This document shows, piece after piece, positions 21,781 to 31,091 of a stretch of 64,000 nt of DNA. The notes below the pieces were generated by a model. That model made no database searches. It saw only the letters and a program-made list of their open reading frames with translations, and was not told where the DNA came from. Within the stretch, counting starts at the first letter, position 1. Every line of letters begins with the position of its first letter. Both the position numbers and the translations under genes were made by a program. The stretch is from Deltaproteobacteria bacterium (GTDB taxonomy: Bacteria; Myxococcota_A; UBA9042; PHBI01), in assembly GCA_020632715.1 (NCBI GenBank), contig JACKFA010000010.1, forward strand, positions 15,328 through 79,327, read 5' to 3'.

Positions 21781-23349
21781 ATGCCCCAGCTGAACCCCAG
21801 CGATCCGCTCGCGAAGGACGTCGAGGCCGTGGCGCGCCTCGCGGTCGTCCCGACGCTCCTGCGCGTCGTCGCGGAGTCGACCGGCCTCCGGTTCACCGCC
21901 GTCGCCCGGGTGACGCGCGAGCAGTGGGTCGCCTGCGCCGTCCACGACGAGCTCGGCCTCGGCCTCGCGCCCGGCGACACGCTCGACGTCGCGACGACGC
22001 TCTGCGCCCAGGTCAGAGACCTCCGCGCGCCCATCGCCATCGACCACGCGAGCGCGGACCCGGTCTATTGCGGCCACCCGTCGCCGAGGCGCCTCGGCTT
22101 CGAGAGCTACGTGGCGGTCCCGATCTTCCTGTCCGATGGCGCCTGGTTCGGCACCATCTTCGGCCTGGACACCGAGCCGAAGGCCGTCGACCGGCCGCCG
22201 GTCATCGCGCAGGTCCAGCTCCACGCGGAGCTCGTCGCGTGCGCGCTCGACCTCGGCGGGCGCGAGAGCCTGGCGCGCGCCGGGCAGCGCCGCCTCGAGT
22301 CGTTCGTGAAGGGCGCGCCGCTCGCCATCGCCGTGTTCCGCGGGCCCGACCTCGTCTACGACATGGTGAACGACAGCTACGCCGAGCTCATCGGGCACCG
22401 CGAGGTCGTCGGGCGCGCGGGGCGCGAGGTCTTCCCCGACCTGCGGCACGCCATCTGGGACGAGCTCGACCGCGTGTACGCCACGGGCGAGCCGCGCTAC
22501 GCGCCGGCGACCCCGTCGGAGGCCGCGGCGCGCCAGAACCCGGCCGCGCCCACGCGCTACTTCGACTGGGTGGCGCAGCCGACGCGCGGGGCCGACGGCG
22601 CCATCGACGGCGTGATCTTCTTCGCGACGGACGTGACCGACAAGGTCGAGGCGCACCGCGCGCTCGAGCGCCGGAACCGCGAGCTCGACGGCTTCGCGGC
22701 GATCGCGTCGCACGACCTGAAGACGCCGCTGCGCGGGATCATGCACCTCGCGCAGTGGGTCCGGGAGGACCTCGGCGACGCCGTGAGCGCGGAGGTCGCG
22801 GGGCACCTCGAGCAGATGCGCGAGCGCGCCGCGCAGATGAGCGCGCTCATCGACGGCCTCCTCGAGTACGCCCGCGCCGGCGACGTCCGCGAGACGCTCG
22901 CCGACATCGACGTGGGCGCGCTCCTCGGCGAGGTGGTCGCGCTCTTGCCGATCCCGGCCGAGGCGCGGGTCGAGGTGGGGCCGATGCCCACGCTCCACGG
23001 CTCGCCGGTCGCGCTGCAGCAGGTCTTCCACAACCTCGTCGGCAACGCGCTCGTCCACGCCGGGAGGCCTGACCCGACCATCGCCGTCACGGCCGAGGAG
23101 GACGCTGGCGCCTGGATCTTCGCGGTCGAGGACGACGGGCGCGGCGTGCCGGTCGAGCACCGGGAGCGGATCTGGAAGCTCTTCGAGTCGCTCGCCGCGA
23201 AGGAGCGCGGGAACACCGGCCTCGGGCTCGCCATCGTGCGGAAGGTGGTCGAGGTCCGCGGGGGGCGGGTGTCGGTCGAGACGGGCGCCCGCGGGGGCGC
23301 CCGCTTCGCGTTCAGCTGGCCGAAGCGCGAGCCGCGGTCGGAGGGCTGA
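21781..23349 (+). CDS. Cytoplasmic sensor histidine kinase (GAF-PAS-HisKA-HATPase_c)
   Basis: H-box FAAIASHDLKTPLRGI, N-box FHNLVGNALVH and G-box NTGLGLAIVRKVVEVRGG. N-terminal GAF-like and PAS-like segments. No TM segment seen. Confidence 0.85.
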   Translation: MPQLNPSDPLAKDVEAVARLAVVPTLLRVVAESTGLRFTAVARVTREQWVACAVHDELGLGLAPGDTLDVATTLCAQVRDLRAPIAIDHASADPVYCGHPSPRRLGFESYVAVPIFLSDGAWFGTIFGLDTEPKAVDRPPVIAQVQLHAELVACALDLGGRESLARAGQRRLESFVKGAPLAIAVFRGPDLVYDMVNDSYAELIGHREVVGRAGREVFPDLRHAIWDELDRVYATGEPRYAPATPSEAAARQNPAAPTRYFDWVAQPTRGADGAIDGVIFFATDVTDKVEAHRALERRNRELDGFAAIASHDLKTPLRGIMHLAQWVREDLGDAVSAEVAGHLEQMRERAAQMSALIDGLLEYARAGDVRETLADIDVGALLGEVVALLPIPAEARVEVGPMPTLHGSPVALQQVFHNLVGNALVHAGRPDPTIAVTAEEDAGAWIFAVEDDGRGVPVEHRERIWKLFESLAAKERGNTGLGLAIVRKVVEVRGGRVSVETGARGGARFAFSWPKREPRSEG

Positions 23350-23373
23350 CCGCGGCCCGGCGGCGCGTCGGCG

Positions 23374-25548
23374 TCACATCCCGTAGACCCGCTCCGCGGC
23401 GTGCCACACGCAGACCGGCTTCGGGAGGGCCGCCCACGCGGCCGGCGCGGGGGCGCCGCCGGCCATCGGCGGGCCGTTCGGGTTCACGTGGCCTACGGCG
23501 AGGTCGTCGACGTCGTGGATCCCGCCCGTCGGCCCCCACCAGGTCATCGCCGTGTTCGTGCGGTCGACGCACGGCCACTGCTCGGGCGGCGCGAACGTGG
23601 CGAGCGGGCGCCCGCAGCGGCCACAGGGGCCGGCGAGGCTGTTGTAGAACGCGGGCGTCGCGGCGCGCACCGGGTTCGCGCGGCAGGCGCCGAAGTGCGC
23701 GAGCTCGGAGTCGGCGTCGGTGTTCGAGTTGTGGCCGTACATGCCGGTGATCCGGCGCGTCCGCGCGCCGGTGTCGAGGAACGACGCCTGGGTCGGGTAG
23801 GGCGCGGTGGGCGCGTAGCAGTGGGTGAAGGGGTCGCTCCAGTTGCCGAGCGCCCAGGACATCCAGTTCAGGTAGCTGCTGCCGCCCACGTAGCGGACGG
23901 CGAGCGCGCCCTCGGCGTTGACCCAGCCGTTGCGCGGCTGCGGGCGCATCGGGGCCCCGGCCCAGGTGCGCACCATCTGCCCGGGTGCGGTCTGACCGCC
24001 GGGCTCGGCGGGGGCGAAGGCGCCGCCGGCGCCGGCCGAGGGGATGACGTAGCTGCAGTTGCCGCAGACGGCGTCGCAGTAGCCGTCCTTGGCGACGTTG
24101 AGGCAGGTGCCGGCGTCGCGCCCCGTCTGGAGGGCGCTGTCGCGCGGGCGCGAGGGGAGGGCGCCGCCCTGGGGCGGAGCGTGAACCTCGTTCACGGCGA
24201 GGAGGCGCATCGGGATGAGGCCGCGGCGGCGGTACCAGCCGTCGGTCGGGACGCGCTCGGCGAGGGTGCGGCCGTGGTTGAAGAAGCGCTGGTTCAGGAG
24301 CGCCGCGGGGCCGCCGCAGAGAGCGGCGGAGTCGATGGCGTGGGCGATGGAGACGGGCTCGTCGGCGGTGGTCTCACCGCCCGGGTTGCTCGTGCGCATG
24401 TTGAACTGCGCGGGCTCGGTGACGCGGGCGCCGACGGCCCAGAGGTCGCCGCGGGCGTCGCGCCAGGGGCGCGCGGCGAGGGCGGGGCGGAGGTTCCCGG
24501 GGGCGGCGGGCTTCGGGACGCCGTTCGGCCAGAAGCGGGCGTCCCAGTCGTAGGCGTAGCCGATGACGCCGATGCCCTGGTGCTCGCCCCAGCCGAAGGT
24601 GCCGCCGACGTTGTACTGGGTGACCCAGAAGCTGTAGCGGTCGGTGTGGTCGGTGCACCAGGGGTGGCAGGCGCCGAGGACGAAGGCGCGGCCGCCGGCG
24701 CGGCGCGCGGCGCAGGGCGGGGCCGCGGGCGGGCAGGGGCAGCGGACGCGGGTGCCGCAGTCGGCGTCGCCGTCGCCGACCCAGGTGTAGCCCATGCCGG
24801 GGTGGCGGGCGCAGAAGCTCGCGACGGAGCTGTCGCTGCGGAGATCGGGCCAGTCCTCGGCGCCGGGGTCGAAGCCGGGGGCGTGGCAGTCGGCGGCGCC
24901 GCCGGGCGTGCAGACGCCGCGGTCGTTGCACGCGCCGCCGAGGACGCAGTCCGCGTCGACGACGCAGGCGATCTGATCGTCGAGGGCGACCGACGGGGGA
25001 CCCTCGCTCGGGCCGACGCAGCCAGCGTCGGCGTCCGTGACATCCGGGACGTCGTCACAGGTGTCACAGGCGTCGTCGGCGTCGTCGGTGGTGTCTTCGG
25101 CGACGTCTTGGGCGTCGTCGTCGGTGTCTTCGGCGACGTCGGCGTCGTCGTCGGTGTCCGTGTCGGCGTCGGCGTCGTCGTCGGTGTCGACGTCGGCGTC
25201 GGCGTCGTCGCCGCCGTCCACGTCCTCCCAGACGTCCTCCGCGTCGCCGTCGTCGACGGTGTCGACCGCGGTCTCGTTGGCGTCGACGTCGTCGGCGACG
25301 TCCGCCCGCACGTCGGCGGGCACGGTGTCGCCGGGGTTCGCGTCCCACGGGCCGGTGTCGTCGTCGAGGGTGGCGTCGGCGCTCATCGCGTCGACCGGCA
25401 GTGACAGCCCGGCCGACGAGCGCTCGAGGCGCCCGGGCTCCTCGAGCTCGCCGCAGGCCCCCCCGAGCCCGAGCGCGAACACTGCCACAGCGAGCGACGC
25501 GCCCCTCAATGTCAGCGCGCCGCGAGATAGCGAGTCGATCCCCATGTG
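23374..25548 (-). CDS. Hypothetical lipoprotein: poly-acidic linker plus a large Cys/Trp-rich domain of unknown function
   Basis: Lipobox AVAVFALGLGGAC (start taken at the internal ATG of ORF 23374..25599). Asp-rich stretch DVDTDDDADADTDTDDDADVAEDTDDDAQD. About 500-aa C-terminal domain with many conserved-looking Cys and Trp. Confidence 0.65.
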   Translation of the reverse strand, partial: HMGIDSLSRGALTLRGASLAVAVFALGLGGACGELEEPGRLERSSAGLSLPVDAMSADATLDDDTGPWDANPGDTVPADVRADVADDVDANETAVDTVDDGDAEDVWEDVDGGDDADADVDTDDDADADTDTDDDADVAEDTDDDAQDVAEDTTDDADDACDTCDDVPDVTDADAGCVGPSEGPPSVALDDQIACVVDADCVLGGACNDRGVCTPGGAADCHAPGFDPGAEDWPDLRSDSSVASFCARHPGMGYTWVGDGDADCGTRVRCPCPPAAPPCAARRAGGRAFVLGACHPWCTDHTDRYSFWVTQYNVGGTFGWGEHQGIGVIGYAYDWDARFWPNGVPKPAAPGNLRPALAARPWRDARGDLWAVGARVTEPAQFNMRTSNPGGETTADEPVSIAHAIDSAALCGGPAALLNQRFFNHGRTLAERVPTDGWYRRRGLIPMRLLAVNEVHAPPQGGALPSRPRDSALQTGRDAGTCLNVAKDGYCDAVCGNCSYVIPSAGAGGAFAPAEPGGQTAPGQMVRTWAGAPMRPQPRNGWVNAEGALAVRYVGGSSYLNWMSWALGNWSDPFTHCYAPTAPYPTQASFLDTGARTRRITGMYGHNSNTDADSELAHFGACRANPVRAATPAFYNSLAGPCGRCGRPLATFAPPEQWPCVDRTNTAMTWWGPTGGIHDVDDLAVGHVNPNGPPMAGGAPAPAAWAALPKPVCVWHAAERVYGM

Positions 25549-25657
25549 TCTCCCCCTGACCGAGCGTGGAGTCGACCGGGACTTCACGCCGCGTGCCACC
25601 GCGCGCGATACGCCTCGCGACGGCCCGGAGAGCGGTCGAGAGCGCGACTCACCGCGC

Positions 25658-25680
25658 CGAATTCCAGTCGCCGGAATTCG
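25658..25680. promoter_or_regulatory. AT-containing palindrome CGAATTCC-N7-GGAATTCG in a divergent promoter region
   Basis: Perfect 8-bp arms read directly from the sequence. It lies about 125 nt upstream of the beta-ureidopropionase ATG and stands out against the GC-rich background. Confidence 0.4.
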
Positions 25681-25803
25681 CTCGCTGTCCCGATGTCACA
25701 CCGCGGCGCGCGCGCTTGCCGCTGACGACGCGCGAATCGTCCGGTAGGATGCTCGACGCGAGCGACCGCTACGCGCCGGACCACCCGAACGACGAGACGC
25801 GCC

Positions 25804-27090
25804 ATGGCTGAGAAGACCGAGCTCGAGAGCCTCGAGAGCCTCCTCCGCAAGCTCCCGAAGGAAGACCAGGCCGAGGCCTTCCGGATCCTCTACGGGAACC
25901 TCCCGGACGAGCTGCCCGTGACGCCCGCGGCCGCCGCCCTCGCCGAGCAGCACGACTTCGACGTCGCCGCCTACCGCTTCAAGTCGACCCCCGAGCAGCG
26001 CCGCGCGGCGCGCATCGTGCGGATCGGCGTCATCCAGACGCAGATCGTCGAGTCCACGTCGGCCCCGGTCGACGACCAGTTCCGCGCGATCTGCGAGCGC
26101 ACCGAGAAGCTCGTCCACGCGGCCGGTGCCATGGGGGTCAACGTCCTCGGCCTCCAGGAGGCGTGGACGATGCCCTTCGCCTTCTGCACGCGCGAGAAGG
26201 AGCCCTGGCTCGAGTTCGCCGAGCCCGTCGACGGCCCGTCGACCCGCTTCCTCGCCCGCCTCGCGCGCCAGTACGACATGGTCATCGTCTCGCCGATCCT
26301 CGAGCGCGACGAGGCCCACGGCGGCACGATCCACAACACCGCCGTCGTCATCGGCAACCGCGGGAACATCATCGGCTTCCACCGGAAGAACCACATCCCG
26401 CGCGTCGGCGACTTCAACGAGTCGACCTACTACATGGAGGGCAACACCGGGCACCCGGTGTTCGCCACGCAGTACGGCAAGGTCGGCGTCAACATCTGCT
26501 ACGGCCGGCACCATCCGCTGAACTGGCTCATGTTCGGCCTGAACGGGGCGGAGATCGTGTTCAACCCGTCGGCCACCGTCGGCGCCCTGTCGGAGCCGCT
26601 CTGGCCCATCGAGGCGCGCTGCGCGGCCATCGCGAACAACTACTTCGCCGCCGGCATCAACCGCATCGGCACGGAGTCGTTCCCGAACGCCTTCACCTCG
26701 GGCGACGGCAAGAAGGCCCACCACGACTTCGGGCACTTCTACGGCTCGAGCTACGTGACGGCGCCCGACGGCTCGCGCACCCCGGGCCTCTCGCGCACGC
26801 GCGACGGGCTCCTCGTGAGCGAGATCGACCTGAACCACTGCCGGCAGGTGCGCGACAAGTGGGGCTTCCAGATGACCTCCCGCCTCGCCGAGTACGCCGA
26901 GGACCTGACGCGCGCCGCCGCGCACGACTTCCGCCCGCAGGTGATCTCCGACACTGGCCTCCAGTGGGAGCAGGACCCCATCGCGGTGCGCCACGAGTCG
27001 TCGCCGCGCCTGTCCGCGCCGGCGCCGAGCGTGGAGTTCGCCGGCAAGAGCGCGCCGTCCGAGGCGAAGTCGGGCAAGAAGAACAAGTAG
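25804..27090 (+). CDS. Beta-ureidopropionase / beta-alanine synthase, eukaryotic (UPB1-like) nitrilase-superfamily type
   Basis: Motifs [81 protein letters not shown] and [22 protein letters not shown]. Confidence 0.85.
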   Translation: MAEKTELESLESLLRKLPKEDQAEAFRILYGNLPDELPVTPAAAALAEQHDFDVAAYRFKSTPEQRRAARIVRIGVIQTQIVESTSAPVDDQFRAICERTEKLVHAAGAMGVNVLGLQEAWTMPFAFCTREKEPWLEFAEPVDGPSTRFLARLARQYDMVIVSPILERDEAHGGTIHNTAVVIGNRGNIIGFHRKNHIPRVGDFNESTYYMEGNTGHPVFATQYGKVGVNICYGRHHPLNWLMFGLNGAEIVFNPSATVGALSEPLWPIEARCAAIANNYFAAGINRIGTESFPNAFTSGDGKKAHHDFGHFYGSSYVTAPDGSRTPGLSRTRDGLLVSEIDLNHCRQVRDKWGFQMTSRLAEYAEDLTRAAAHDFRPQVISDTGLQWEQDPIAVRHESSPRLSAPAPSVEFAGKSAPSEAKSGKKNK

Positions 27091-27163
27091 GGGCCAGGGT
27101 CGGCGCGGGCCGGGCGAGCTTTTACCGCGGTAAATGCTCGCGCCGGAGCGCCGCGGGTGTCGC

Positions 27164-28084
27164 ATGACGAAGTCCTGGAGCCCCTACACCGACATCGCGC
27201 GCGCCGAGTGGGCGCCGCTCGCGACCTGGGACACGCGGCCGCTGGCGGACCGCGAGATCGCGGCGCTCGGCGGCGTCATCGAGACGCTGACCCTCGCCGA
27301 GGTCGAGGAGATCTACCTCCCCCTCGCGCGGCTCATCCGGCTGCGGGTGAACGCGGCGCGGGCGCTGTCGAACGCGCAGAACGACTTCCTCGGGCGGCCG
27401 CGCGGGCGGGTGCCGTTCGTCATCGGGCTCGCGGGGAGCGTCGCGGCCGGGAAGTCGACGACGGCGCGCGCGCTCGAGGCGCTCCTGACGCGGGCGGCGC
27501 CGAAGCTCTCGGTCGCGCGCGTGACGACCGACGGCTTCCTGTGGCCGAACGCGGAGCTCGAGCGGCGCGGGATCATGCGCAAGAAGGGGTTCCCGGAGAG
27601 CTACGACGTGCGCGCGCTGCTCGCGTTCGTGACGGAGCTGAAGTCGGGAGCGCCCGAGGTGGCGTGCCCGGTCTACTCGCACCAGCACTACGACATCACC
27701 GAGGAGCGGGTGGTGCTGAGGCAGCCGGACGTCGCGATCATCGAGGGGCTGAACGTCCTCCAGACCGGCCAGAGCGGCGTCTTCGTGTCGGACTACTTCG
27801 ACTTCAGCGTGTACGTCGACGCGGACGAGGTCGACCTGCGCGCGTGGTACCTCGAGCGCTTCGAGCGCCTGCGGGCGACCGCCTTCCGCGACGCCGAGAA
27901 CTACTTCCACCGCTACGCGCGGCTCGACGAGGCGGAGGCGCGGCGGGTGGCCGTCGGGTTCTGGGAGGACATCAACCTCTTGAACCTGAACGAGAACATC
28001 ATCCACACGCGGGAGCGGGCGGACCTCATCCTCGAGAAGGGGCGCGACCACCGGATCCGCAAGGTGCGCCTCCGGAAGGCGTGA
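27164..28084 (+). CDS. coaA: Type I pantothenate kinase
   Basis: P-loop [15 protein letters not shown] plus [36 protein letters not shown] and FSVYVDA, collinear with E. coli CoaA. An alternative ATG lies at 27134. Confidence 0.9.
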   Translation: MTKSWSPYTDIARAEWAPLATWDTRPLADREIAALGGVIETLTLAEVEEIYLPLARLIRLRVNAARALSNAQNDFLGRPRGRVPFVIGLAGSVAAGKSTTARALEALLTRAAPKLSVARVTTDGFLWPNAELERRGIMRKKGFPESYDVRALLAFVTELKSGAPEVACPVYSHQHYDITEERVVLRQPDVAIIEGLNVLQTGQSGVFVSDYFDFSVYVDADEVDLRAWYLERFERLRATAFRDAENYFHRYARLDEAEARRVAVGFWEDINLLNLNENIIHTRERADLILEKGRDHRIRKVRLRKA

Positions 28085-28350
28085 ACCCGGAGAGCGCCCC
28101 GCTGGCCGCGGTGTCTCGCGAGGTCAGGGGCAAAGAAGGCCGCGCCGGGAGCACCTCTCGTCGATCCTACACCCCGCAGATGCCGCTGAATGGCCGGCCT
28201 CGCGCTGGCGTATGGTCATGCGCGTAGGCCACTCCGGGGGGCATCGACCTCCGGCGCCTGCGTCGACCTCCTGCCAGCTTCTCCACGAAACCCAGACCTT
28301 CGCCACCCGCCCGGCGACCTCGATCGGGTCGACTCGAGCAAGGAGTCTCT

Positions 28351-30429
28351 ATGCGCTTCGTCCCGCTGACCGCGGCCTCCCTCGTGACCGCGTCGCTTCT
28401 CCTCGCGCCCGCGGCCGAGGCCGCCAACCGCCCGCGCTGGACCCATGTGGTGCTCACCCACGGGCGCGACCTCGCGACGCGCCTGAACGTCACCTACGTC
28501 ACCGACACGGCCGGGGAGGCGAGCTCGGCGACGGCCAGGTTCCTCGCGCCCTTCGACGGGCCGAGCCCGTACGCGTCGACCGTCGCGCTGACGCCGGCGG
28601 CGACCTTCATCGCGGTCGCGCGCACCCGCATCGGGTTCAGCGCCGACGCGACCGGCTTCACCTACCCGCTCTCGGTGGTGGTGCGCGACGGCTTGGGCGG
28701 CGCGACGACGCTCCGCCTCGACGCCACCGTGCGCGCCGCGGGCGGCGAGGACGAGGCCGACGCCGCCGCCGCCGACAGCGCGTCGGGCGCGGAGATCGTC
28801 GCCCTCGCGGACGAGGACGGCGACGGGACGCCCGACTCCTACCGCCTGACGCTGACGGTCTCCGGCGACACCGGGGTCGCCCTGAAGGACGTGTCGGTCG
28901 CGTTCCTCGACGACCACGAGGGCCCGGCACCCCACGCGAGGTCGCTCACGATGCCGTTCAAGGCGTTCAAGCAGGACTTCGCGAGCGCGGCGCTCTACTT
29001 CGACGGCGACCCGTCGCGCTACGTCTACGCGCTCGCGCTCACGCCGAACGACGCCGACGGCGCGGCCTCCGGCGAGACGACGTCGTTCAGCGTGAAGGTG
29101 AAGGCGGAGCTCGGGCCCGCGAGCGTCGGGACGGTCGCCGTGCGCACCGCGCCCGTGGCGGAGATCTGCGCCGGGGGGCCCGAGGAGGGCGCGGGCGAGG
29201 CCATCCGCTGCTCGGACGACGAGCTCGCGCTGCTCGTGGAGCGCCTCGCCGACCTCCACGAGATCGCGGCGCTCGCCGAGGCCGCGGCGGCCGAGGCCGA
29301 GGCGAGGGCCGCCTACCTCGCGGGCAAGGACCCGATGGCGTGGACGACCGCGGCGGCCGACATGGAGGCGCTGCTCACGGCCGCGGCCGCGGCGGAGGCG
29401 CGCGCGCAGATCGCCGGCGACGTCGTCGCGGACGCGCTCGCGGGCCTGTCGGCGGAGGAGCTCGTGCGCGTGGGGCAGCTCGTGGACGCGCTCCATCCCG
29501 AGGCGCAGGAGACGATGACGGCGTACGAGGCCGGCCAGGCGCTCGGCGGCGGCTTCTTCCTGTCGGGGGTGACGCCCGTGCCGGTCGCGGAGGGCGAGGT
29601 GGTGTTCGACCACCAGATCGTCGTGGACGGCTTCGCCTTCGACCCGCGCGAGGTGCTCGACGCCCTCCGGAGCGGCGCGTCGGTGCGCACGCAGAAGACC
29701 CACCCGACCGGGCTCCGCCTCGGGATCAGCAAGGGCTGGGAGAAGTGCCAGGTCGTCTGGGACAGCCTGGCGACGACCCCGGAGGCCGAGCTGGCGCTCC
29801 ACCCGGCGTTCGAGGGCGCGAGCGTCGCGGTCGTCGTCGGCCTCCCGCAGAACGACGCGATCGCGGTCCGCGCCGCGGCGGCCGCCGCGTACGGGCGGCT
29901 CCTCGACGGCGCGGCCGCGAGCCTCGCGGCGCGGAACGGCGGCGGCACGTGGACGAGCGATCCGGTGGTCCTGCGCCACCGCTACGACGCGCAGGCCGGG
30001 CAGGCGCTCTCGCTGCCGGGGGTGTTGAACGTGTTGAACGGCGACGCCGGGGCGCTCACGGTGAGCCTCGTCGACGGCGCGACGGCGTTCATCGCGGGCG
30101 ACGGCGTGGCCTACGACGCCGACGCGGTGTCCGCGCACGTGAACGGCGGTGGCCTCACGGGCGCGTGGACCTTCGACGACCTCGCGGCGCAGGACGCGTC
30201 GGTCGCGTGGCGCCTCGGCGCGCCGGCGGCGAGCGTCGACGACGCCGCGGCCGCGACGCAGCTCGCGGCCCGGAGCGCGGCCAAGGAGGCCGGGATCGTC
30301 GCGGCGCTGCGGCAGCAGATCGCCGGCGCGAGCGACGCGATCCAGGCGCTGCAAGACGGCCCCACCCGCATCCGCCGCCGCGACAAGGGCGGCTTCGTCG
30401 TCGACATCGACGGCATCACGGCGCCCTGA
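28351..30429 (+). CDS. Secreted hypothetical protein (692 aa)
   Basis: Signal peptide MRFVPLTAASLVTASLLLAPAAEAA. SD-like aaggag lies 7 nt upstream. GC3-rich codons. No recognisable domain. Confidence 0.65.
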   Translation: MRFVPLTAASLVTASLLLAPAAEAANRPRWTHVVLTHGRDLATRLNVTYVTDTAGEASSATARFLAPFDGPSPYASTVALTPAATFIAVARTRIGFSADATGFTYPLSVVVRDGLGGATTLRLDATVRAAGGEDEADAAAADSASGAEIVALADEDGDGTPDSYRLTLTVSGDTGVALKDVSVAFLDDHEGPAPHARSLTMPFKAFKQDFASAALYFDGDPSRYVYALALTPNDADGAASGETTSFSVKVKAELGPASVGTVAVRTAPVAEICAGGPEEGAGEAIRCSDDELALLVERLADLHEIAALAEAAAAEAEARAAYLAGKDPMAWTTAAADMEALLTAAAAAEARAQIAGDVVADALAGLSAEELVRVGQLVDALHPEAQETMTAYEAGQALGGGFFLSGVTPVPVAEGEVVFDHQIVVDGFAFDPREVLDALRSGASVRTQKTHPTGLRLGISKGWEKCQVVWDSLATTPEAELALHPAFEGASVAVVVGLPQNDAIAVRAAAAAAYGRLLDGAAASLAARNGGGTWTSDPVVLRHRYDAQAGQALSLPGVLNVLNGDAGALTVSLVDGATAFIAGDGVAYDADAVSAHVNGGGLTGAWTFDDLAAQDASVAWRLGAPAASVDDAAAATQLAARSAAKEAGIVAALRQQIAGASDAIQALQDGPTRIRRRDKGGFVVDIDGITAP

Positions 30430-30548
30430 CGACCTCCGGGCCGGGTGCCGGCGCGCGCCATCGCGGGTGCGCGCCGGCGCCGCGGTCCTCGGCGCGACGT
30501 CGACGCGGATGTGACGCGGTCGAGGCTCGTGTGGCATCCTCCATCTGA

Positions 30549-30905
30549 ATGGACGACCGCTTCCACAGCTACATCGAGGGCTTTCGCGCCCGCCGCGCGG
30601 CCGCGGAGCGCGACGACCGGGCCCGGACGGAGGCCGCGCTCGCGCGCTTGCCTGCGGCCGCCCGTATGCTGCGCGAGGAGTACGGCGCGACACGCGTCGG
30701 GGCGTTCGGCTCGCTCGTGGGCGCCGGTCTCCGGGACGGCTCGGACGTCGACCTCTATGTCGACGCGATCCGTCACCCGCGCTTCTTCCAGGCCGTCGCG
30801 CGGCTGACGGAGCTGTTCGGTCACCCGGTCGACCTCATCGAGCTCGAGGGCGCGCCGCGCTCGCTCCGGGACGTCATCGAGGCAGAGGGCGTCGATGTCC
30901 CCTGA
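30549..30905 (+). CDS. Minimal nucleotidyltransferase (MNT/MntA-like antitoxin-family) protein
   Basis: Pol-beta-type NTase motif GAFGSLVGAGLRDGSDVDLYV in a 118-aa protein. Confidence 0.7.
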   Translation: MDDRFHSYIEGFRARRAAAERDDRARTEAALARLPAAARMLREEYGATRVGAFGSLVGAGLRDGSDVDLYVDAIRHPRFFQAVARLTELFGHPVDLIELEGAPRSLRDVIEAEGVDVP

Positions 30906-31026
30906 TCCCCGCGCGCTCACCCGCCTCGCCGCCGAGGTACGCCGGGACGCCGCGGCGGCGGCCGCGCTCCACGACCTCGCGCGCGAAGGCGCCGAGCGGC
31001 TCTCCGCCGAGCTCGACGCCTTCCTC

Positions 31027-31086
31027 GCGTTCCTCTGGCGCGCTCGCGCGCGCCCGGCGTTCCTCTGGCGCGCTCGCGCGCACCTG
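31027..31086 (+). repeat. 30-bp tandem duplication (2 copies, 28/30 identical)
   Basis: gcgttcctctggcgcgctcgcgcgcgcccg is followed directly by gcgttcctctggcgcgctcgcgcgcacctg. Confidence 0.9.
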
Positions 31087-31091
31087 ACGCG

